Positions 56,772 to 64,000 of a DNA stretch of 64,000 bases are shown in pieces. The stretch's first letter is position 1. Every line of letters starts with the position of its first letter. The DNA is from Acidimicrobiales bacterium (lineage in GTDB: Bacteria > Actinomycetota > Acidimicrobiia > Acidimicrobiales > JACCXE01). The notes under the pieces are model-generated. The model did no database searches and had not been told where the DNA came from. It saw only the letters and a program-made list of their open reading frames with translations. The translations under genes and the position numbers were made by a program. The DNA lies in contig DASZWD010000017.1 of the NCBI GenBank assembly GCA_035546775.1, positions 30,564 through 94,563 of the forward strand. Direction: 5' to 3'.

Positions 56772-57477
56772 CGGCAAAGCGGCGCTTCATGCGGCGCAGG
56801 CCGCGCAGGTCCTCGAGCGCCGTCCGGGCGATGTCGACGCGCGAATCGGGGTCGTCGACCCAGTGGACGGGCACCTCGTGGATGCGCAGGCCGAAGTGTT
56901 CGGCCAGCAACAACAGTTCGGTGTCGAAGAACCAGGCGTTGTCCTCGATCATCGGCACGAGCAACGCGGCGGCGTCGCGGCGCACCGCCTTGAAGCCGCA
57001 CTGCGCGTCGGAGAAGCGCGCCCCGCTGTAGCGCTTGAGCAGCAGGTTGTAGGCGCGTGAGATGAACTCGCGCTTGAAACCGCGCGTCACCCGGGCACCG
57101 CGAGCGAGTCGAGAGCCGATACCCACGTCAGCCTCGTCGGCGAGCAGCGGGGCGACGAGCGGTGCCAGCGCCGCTAGGTCCGTCGACAGGTCGACGTCCA
57201 TGTAGGCCACCACCAGCGCGTCGCTCGACGACCACGTCTCGCGCAGCGCCAAACCGCGGCCCTTGCGGTCAAGGTGCACCGCGCCGACGGCGGGCAGCTC
57301 GTTGGTGAGCAGCCGGGCGACGTCGAAGGTCGTGTCGACGCTGGCGTTGTCGGCGATCGTGATGTGCCACGAGTACGGGAAGCCCTCGCTCAGGAACGTG
57401 TGCAGGCGGCGGACGGACGCGGCAAGCGACGCCTCCTCGTTGTAGACGGGGATCACGATGTCGACGGCGGTTGACAT
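56713..57477 (-). CDS. GT2 glycosyltransferase (polyprenyl-phosphate sugar synthase-like)
   Basis: IVIPVYNEE, IADNASVD, KGRG, YMDVDLS, SDAQCGFK, WFFDTELL. Confidence 0.92.
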   Translation of the reverse strand: MSTAVDIVIPVYNEEASLAASVRRLHTFLSEGFPYSWHITIADNASVDTTFDVARLLTNELPAVGAVHLDRKGRGLALRETWSSSDALVVAYMDVDLSTDLAALAPLVAPLLADEADVGIGSRLARGARVTRGFKREFISRAYNLLLKRYSGARFSDAQCGFKAVRRDAAALLVPMIEDNAWFFDTELLLLAEHFGLRIHEVPVHWVDDPDSRVDIARTALEDLRGLRRMKRRFAATTADARSMSATAGASGTH

Positions 57478-57574
57478 GGCGACAACCCTCTCCTTTTCAC
57501 CTGTGAGCGGGCGGAAAGTTAGCTGTGGGGTCGCGCAGTTTTTCGTCGCCCCCCGTGATTTGATTTCCGCCGAA

Positions 57575-59515
57575 ATGGAACGTTCTCGCCTCCGCCTCTG
57601 CGCGCTCCTCGGGCTCACCGCCGCCCTCTATCTGTGGGGTCTCAGCGCGTCCGGGTGGGCCAACGCCTTCTACAGCGCCGCCGTCCAGGCCGGCACCCAC
57701 AGTTGGAAGGCGGCCTTCTTCGGCGCGTCCGACGCCGCCGGGTCGATCACCGTCGACAAGTCGCCGTTGTTCTTGTGGCCGATGGAGGTGTCGGCCCGAC
57801 TCTTCGGGCTCAGCCCGGCCACGATCCTCGTCCCCAACGCCATCGAAGGCGTGCTGTCGGTCGCCGTGCTCTACGCAGCAGTCAAGCGGTGGTTCGGCGA
57901 GACGGCCGGTCTCCTCGCCGGAGCGATCCTCGCCCTCACCCCCGCGGCGGTACTGATGTTCCGCTTCAACAACCCGGACTCGATGCTGGTGCTCCTCCTG
58001 ACGCTCGCCGGCTACGCCATGGTCCGCGCGCTCGAGCGTGGCGAGACGAAGTGGGTGGTCGCCTGCTTCAGCCTCGTCGGTCTCGGCTTTCTGGCCAAGA
58101 TGATGCAGGCGTTTTTGGTGGTGCCCGCCTTCGGCGTCGCCTATCTCCTCGCGGGCCCGCCTCAGCTGTGGCGCCGCGTCGTGCAACTGGCCCTCGGCGC
58201 CGCGGCGATGGTCATGTCGTTGGCGTGGTGGATCGCGGCGGTCGAGATCACACCGAAGTCGTTCCGGCCCTACGTCGGCGGCTCGCAGAACAACTCCGTG
58301 CTCAACCTCGTATTCGGCTACAACGGCTTCGGCCGGTTGACGGGCAACGAGCGCGGCTCGGTCGGCGCCCGCCACACGGCTGCGGGTCGTCCGGCGTGGG
58401 GGCAGACCGGCTTGTTTCGCATGTTCGACCGCCACTTCGGCGGTCAGGCGTCGTGGCTGATGCCGGCAGCACTGCTCCTACTCGCGGTAGTCGGGGTGGT
58501 AACGGCGCGCCGCGCCCGCACCGACCGCACCCGCGCCGCGCTCGTCATCTGGGGCGGCTGGCTCGTGATCACGACGCTCACGTTCTCGCTCGGTCGCGGG
58601 ATCATCCACGAGTACTACACCGTCGCGCTGGCTCCCGGCATCGGCGGCACCATCGGCGTCGCCGGCATCTTCGTGTGGAACGCGCGGCGCGACTTGTGGG
58701 CCCGCATCACGATGGCGGCGGCGACGGTGCTGACCGGCGTCTGGGCGGCTGTGCTCATCGGGCGCACGCCGTCGTGGTTGCCGTGGCTCGTCCCCGCTGT
58801 GCTCGGGCCCGCCGCGTTGGCGGCGGCGTTCATCGTCGTCGGTCCGCGCATGACGCCCAAGGTCGTCACCGCCGCCGCGGCCGGCGCCCTCGCCGTCGCC
58901 TTCGTCGGCCCGACGGCCTACTCGCTCGACACCGCCGCCACCCGCCACGAGGGCGCCATCGTGTCGGCCGGCCCCGCCGGCCAGGGCAGCTACCGCCCGC
59001 CGTCGATCGCCCGCCCGCGTCGCGTCCTGTCGAAGCCGACCGCCGTCACCCTCGCGGTCGGACCCACGGGCAGTCCCATACCGGTGCTTCCCGGCGGGCC
59101 GCGCCACGGCGGGCTCATCGGCGGACTGCTCGAAGCCAGCCGCCCCGACCACCAACTCAAGACCTACCTGTTGCAGGACGCCGACAAGTACCGCTGGATC
59201 GCGGCGACCATCGGCAGCGAAGCGGCCGCCGGCTACCAGCTGTCCACGGGACGCTCGGTCATGCCGATGGGCGGATTCAACGGAACGGATCCCTCACCCA
59301 CGTTGGCGCAGTTCCAGCGGTACGTGGCGCACCACGAGATCCATTACTACCTGTCGACGGGTCGCGGCCTCGGGGGCCCCGGCACGCACGGCGGTGGACT
59401 CGGCCCCAAGACCGGCACGTCGATGGGCATCGCCCGCTGGATCGCCCGTCACTTCAGCGCCGTGCGCGTCGGGCGCGTAACGGTTTACGACCTCACTTCG
59501 CCGGCGACGACGTAA
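57575..59515 (+). CDS. ArnT-like / GT-C membrane glycosyltransferase
   Basis: WANAFYSAAVQA, ITVDKSP, MFRFNNPD, FLAKMMQA, GGSQNNS, GGFNGTDP. Confidence 0.9.
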   Translation: MERSRLRLCALLGLTAALYLWGLSASGWANAFYSAAVQAGTHSWKAAFFGASDAAGSITVDKSPLFLWPMEVSARLFGLSPATILVPNAIEGVLSVAVLYAAVKRWFGETAGLLAGAILALTPAAVLMFRFNNPDSMLVLLLTLAGYAMVRALERGETKWVVACFSLVGLGFLAKMMQAFLVVPAFGVAYLLAGPPQLWRRVVQLALGAAAMVMSLAWWIAAVEITPKSFRPYVGGSQNNSVLNLVFGYNGFGRLTGNERGSVGARHTAAGRPAWGQTGLFRMFDRHFGGQASWLMPAALLLLAVVGVVTARRARTDRTRAALVIWGGWLVITTLTFSLGRGIIHEYYTVALAPGIGGTIGVAGIFVWNARRDLWARITMAAATVLTGVWAAVLIGRTPSWLPWLVPAVLGPAALAAAFIVVGPRMTPKVVTAAAAGALAVAFVGPTAYSLDTAATRHEGAIVSAGPAGQGSYRPPSIARPRRVLSKPTAVTLAVGPTGSPIPVLPGGPRHGGLIGGLLEASRPDHQLKTYLLQDADKYRWIAATIGSEAAAGYQLSTGRSVMPMGGFNGTDPSPTLAQFQRYVAHHEIHYYLSTGRGLGGPGTHGGGLGPKTGTSMGIARWIARHFSAVRVGRVTVYDLTSPATT

Positions 59516-60719
59516 GGCCGCGTCGCTTGCCCCACTCGTCGATCATGGCGAGGCGTTCGGCGACGGGCGGATGCGAGTACGTCAGCCGCTTCCACAGCGA
59601 CGGCGTGAGGTCCGACAGAGACTCCGTATAGAGATTGCGCATCGCCGAATGCGCCGCCTGCGGGTCGGGTACCGCCTCGAGCCCGAACAGGTCCGCCTCG
59701 CGTTCGTTGTGGCGCTGAAAATAGGCGCCGACGAGTCCCGTCACCAGCCCAGGGATCGGGAACAGCAGCATGAACAGAGGGATGGCGGCCGGGTTGTGCA
59801 ACGAGTGCACGCCGGCGAAGCGCAGCACGCGATCGTTGTCGAGGATCACCTTCAGCGCGGCAAAGTCGACGAGCAACATCAGCAGCACGATCGGGATGAT
59901 CTTCATCACGTGCTTGCGGCGCCAGTGCCCGATCTCGTGGGCGCACACCCACCGCACCTCGGGTCGGGGCCACTCGAGCATCGTGTCGAAGACCACCATG
60001 CGCCGCGTCTTGCCGGCACCGGTGACGTAGGCGTTCTTGCGCGTGTCGCGCTTCGACGCGTCCGACATCTGCACCTGGTCGATGTCGGCGCCGACGCTGT
60101 GGGCCGTCGCCACGATGTCGGCGTGCAGATCCTCGTCCTCGATGCGGGTGAACTTGTTGAAGATCGGGTCGAGGAGGACGGGCGCCAGCAGCGCGATGCC
60201 GACCTGCAGTACCGCCAGCACCGCCCAGCCGAAGATCCACCACTGATCGGTCGACCGGATGACGGCCCACAATGCGATGAGGATCAGCGAGTTGAGCACG
60301 ACCCCGATGGCGAGGCCCTTGAGCTGATCGCCCACGAAGGTGCCGACGGTGGTCGTCGAGAACTCCCACTTCTTGTCGTAGACCATGGTGCGCCACCACT
60401 GGAAGCCGATGTTCTCGACGATGCCGATCACGAGCAGTCCCGCCATCACCGCGACGACGTCGAGCACCCAGTTGTGCAGGTCGAGGTGGCGCAGCAGGCG
60501 CGGGAACAGGTGCGAGCGCACGACGGCAACGTCGATCACGAGCGCGACGACAACTTGCACGGCGTGCACGATCTTGAGCGGCTTGGTGTAGCGGCGCGCC
60601 TTGGCGATTTCCTCAGGATCGAACCAATCCTCCGGCCGCGTCCTGAACGCCCGCCACGGCGTGATCCCCGACGCCCCCGGATCAATAGTGCGCACCGGCA
60701 CCGAAGTCGCAGTCGACAC
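59493..60719 (-). CDS. M48 (Ste24p/HtpX-like) metalloprotease
   Basis: NAYVTG.GKTRR, HEIGH, EREADLFG, HPPVAER. GTG 60719 has a purine-rich SD. Confidence 0.9.
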   Translation of the reverse strand: MSTATSVPVRTIDPGASGITPWRAFRTRPEDWFDPEEIAKARRYTKPLKIVHAVQVVVALVIDVAVVRSHLFPRLLRHLDLHNWVLDVVAVMAGLLVIGIVENIGFQWWRTMVYDKKWEFSTTTVGTFVGDQLKGLAIGVVLNSLILIALWAVIRSTDQWWIFGWAVLAVLQVGIALLAPVLLDPIFNKFTRIEDEDLHADIVATAHSVGADIDQVQMSDASKRDTRKNAYVTGAGKTRRMVVFDTMLEWPRPEVRWVCAHEIGHWRRKHVMKIIPIVLLMLLVDFAALKVILDNDRVLRFAGVHSLHNPAAIPLFMLLFPIPGLVTGLVGAYFQRHNEREADLFGLEAVPDPQAAHSAMRNLYTESLSDLTPSLWKRLTYSHPPVAERLAMIDEWGKRRGLTSSPAK

Positions 60720-60741
60720 AGGATTCCCCCTCTTCCCCACC

Positions 60742-60781
60742 AAAAGAATAAGCCCCCGGCCCAAACGGACCGGGGGCTTAT
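60742..60781 (-). terminator. Intrinsic terminator
   Basis: On the minus strand TAAGCCCCCGG-TCCGTTTGGG-CCGGGGGCTTA is followed by TTCTTTTT. Confidence 0.8.
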
Positions 60782-60872
60782 CAACAGCTTCGAAAGGCTG
60801 AGACACCGCAGCCGAAAGGCCGCAGGGCCGACTTGCTCGGCCCGGAGGCTCCACCGACGCAAGCGCCGACGC

Positions 60873-60901
60873 TCGCCGTGCGACCTTCGGTCGCACGGCG
60901 A
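60873..60901. terminator. Perfect 13-bp hairpin directly after the groEL stop
   Basis: TCGCCGTGCGACC-TTC-GGTCGCACGGCGA; no U-tract. Confidence 0.55.
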
Positions 60902-60905
60902 TGGA

Positions 60906-62528
<1,623 letters not shown>

Positions 62529-62548
62529 CTACATCCTCCGTCAGGGAG

Positions 62549-62575
62549 TTAGCACTCTCGGTAAGCGAGTGCTAA
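62549..62575. promoter_or_regulatory. CIRCE element (HrcA operator)
   Basis: TTAGCACTC-tcggtaagc-GAGTGCTAA, a perfect consensus match 20 nt upstream of groEL. Confidence 0.97.
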
Positions 62576-62624
62576 TCGTACGGCTCGCGCGGGGGTCGTG
62601 CAACCCGCGTAGCCTCGGTACGTC

Positions 62625-64000
62625 ATGGATCCACTCGTCGCAACCACCCGGGGCCGCGTCCGGGGCGTCGCGCGGGAACATGACATCGCCTTCCTGGGGA
62701 TTCCCTACGCCCAACCGCCTTTCGGACGGCTGCGCTTCGCCGAGCCGGCGCCGGTCGACGAGTGGAAGGGCGTCATCGAGGCGACGAAATTTGCGCCCAC
62801 CGCGCCCCAGCCGGAGCGCCGCTTCACCCTGATTCCTGAGCCGATCATCGAGGGTGGCGACGCGCCGCCGTGCCTGAGCCTCAACGTCTTCAGCCCGATC
62901 GAGGCCGCCAAGAACGATGCCGGCGCGCCGGTGTTCGTGTGGATTCACGGTGGCGGTTTCACCGCCGGCACGCCGTCGAGCCCGTGGTACGACGGCGTGG
63001 CGTTCACCCGCGACGGCGTCGTCGTGGTGTCAATCGGCTACCGGCTCGGCTGCGAAGGATTCCTGCGCCTCGACGGCGCGCCGGCCAACCGGGGCGTGCT
63101 CGACTGCATCGCCGGGCTCGAGTGGGTGCACGAGAACGTCGAGCGCTTCGGCGGCGACCCGGCCAGGGTGACCGTGGGCGGCCAGTCCGCCGGCGGCGGC
63201 ATGGTGACGATCCTGGCCGCCCACCCGCGCGCCGCCCAGCTGTGCCGTGGTGTCATCGCGATGAGCGGCACCGCCATGCGACTCGGCGGCACCGAACGAG
63301 CGGCGCGCACCGCCGCCAAGATCAGCGAGACGGCCGGCCTGCCCGCCACCGTCGACGCCTTCGCCACCCTCGACCCGTCCAAGCTGATCGAGATCCAAGA
63401 GGCGGCGCGCCTCGACCGCAGCACGTCGCTCGGCCCGACCGTCGACGGTGCCGTGATCGCGTCGTACCTCCCAGCCGCCATCGACGCTGGAGCGACGGCG
63501 TCGCTGCCGATCCTCGCCGGCGCCACGACGGAAGAGACGGTCGGCCCGCAGCGCGACGCCAAGGCCACCGTCGACGAACTCAACGCGTTGCTCGACCGCC
63601 TCGGCCTCGACGAGGCCGGGCGGCGTGCCTTTCGCGCCATGTACCCCAAGGCGAAGAACGGCGAACTACGCGCCCGGGCGCTGACCGACTCGGAGTTCCG
63701 CGTCGGCCCGGTTCGCCTCGCCGAACGCCGCGCCGCTGCGGGTACGGCACCGACGTTCCTGTACGAGACGGCATGGCGGTCGCCCGGGCTCGACAAGATC
63801 GGCGCCGTCCATTGCATCGACGTGCCCTTCGCCTTCGATTGCCTCGACCACGAGTGGGCCCAGCACGTCTGCGGCGGTCGCGCGCCGCAAGCGATGGCCG
63901 ACGCCATGCACGGCGCGTTCGTCCGCTTCATCGCGAGCGGCAAGCCCGGCTGGCCGGCGTACGACCCCGACGGGCAGCGCTCCACGATGATCTTCGATGC
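62625..64000 (+). CDS. Type-B carboxylesterase/lipase (3' partial)
   Basis: Not in the ORF track because it is open at the edge. [46 protein letters not shown]. Confidence 0.93.
   Translation, partial: MDPLVATTRGRVRGVAREHDIAFLGIPYAQPPFGRLRFAEPAPVDEWKGVIEATKFAPTAPQPERRFTLIPEPIIEGGDAPPCLSLNVFSPIEAAKNDAGAPVFVWIHGGGFTAGTPSSPWYDGVAFTRDGVVVVSIGYRLGCEGFLRLDGAPANRGVLDCIAGLEWVHENVERFGGDPARVTVGGQSAGGGMVTILAAHPRAAQLCRGVIAMSGTAMRLGGTERAARTAAKISETAGLPATVDAFATLDPSKLIEIQEAARLDRSTSLGPTVDGAVIASYLPAAIDAGATASLPILAGATTEETVGPQRDAKATVDELNALLDRLGLDEAGRRAFRAMYPKAKNGELRARALTDSEFRVGPVRLAERRAAAGTAPTFLYETAWRSPGLDKIGAVHCIDVPFAFDCLDHEWAQHVCGGRAPQAMADAMHGAFVRFIASGKPGWPAYDPDGQRSTMIFD

Noticed and set aside
60782-60870. Resemblance to a c-di-GMP riboswitch (GAAA loops, GACGCAAG)
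   Set aside because: The order and pairing of elements do not fit the GEMM architecture, and strand evidence from G-U pairs is conflicting. Kept only as a generic structured region.

Overview
High-GC actinobacterial chromosomal window (probably Acidimicrobiia; taxonomy is inference) with about 66 real genes. Most long ORFs in the supplied track are antisense or alternate-frame shadows. The left 40 kb is dominated by lipid/steroid-type CoA catabolism: heteromeric acyl-CoA dehydrogenase pairs, acyl-CoA ligases, DUF35 plus thiolase-like pairs, amidohydrolases, enoyl-CoA hydratases, family III CoA-transferases and a P450 operon. The right part holds an ABC exporter, a Liv-type importer, envelope enzymes, an M48 peptidase, groEL with a perfect CIRCE, and a partial carboxylesterase. 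I saw no rRNA, tRNA, CRISPR array or transposase. The main non-obvious signals are: (1) an asymmetric operator TGAC-N6-GTTAGA found five times, always in catabolic promoters, including that of a tandem (double-HTH) TetR regulator, which suggests an Mce3R-like regulon; (2) an exactly repeated ECF promoter TTTGTAACG-N16-GGACGG-N6-start codon in front of an ECF/anti-sigma pair and its flavodoxin-like neighbour; (3) a 47-nt TTCTG...CAGAA palindromic repeat family, one copy of which sits in frame inside a CoA-transferase gene; (4) tiny ORFs chained by ATGA overlaps, non-canonical starts and widespread leaderless promoters. All assignments come from reading motifs; no database searches were run.
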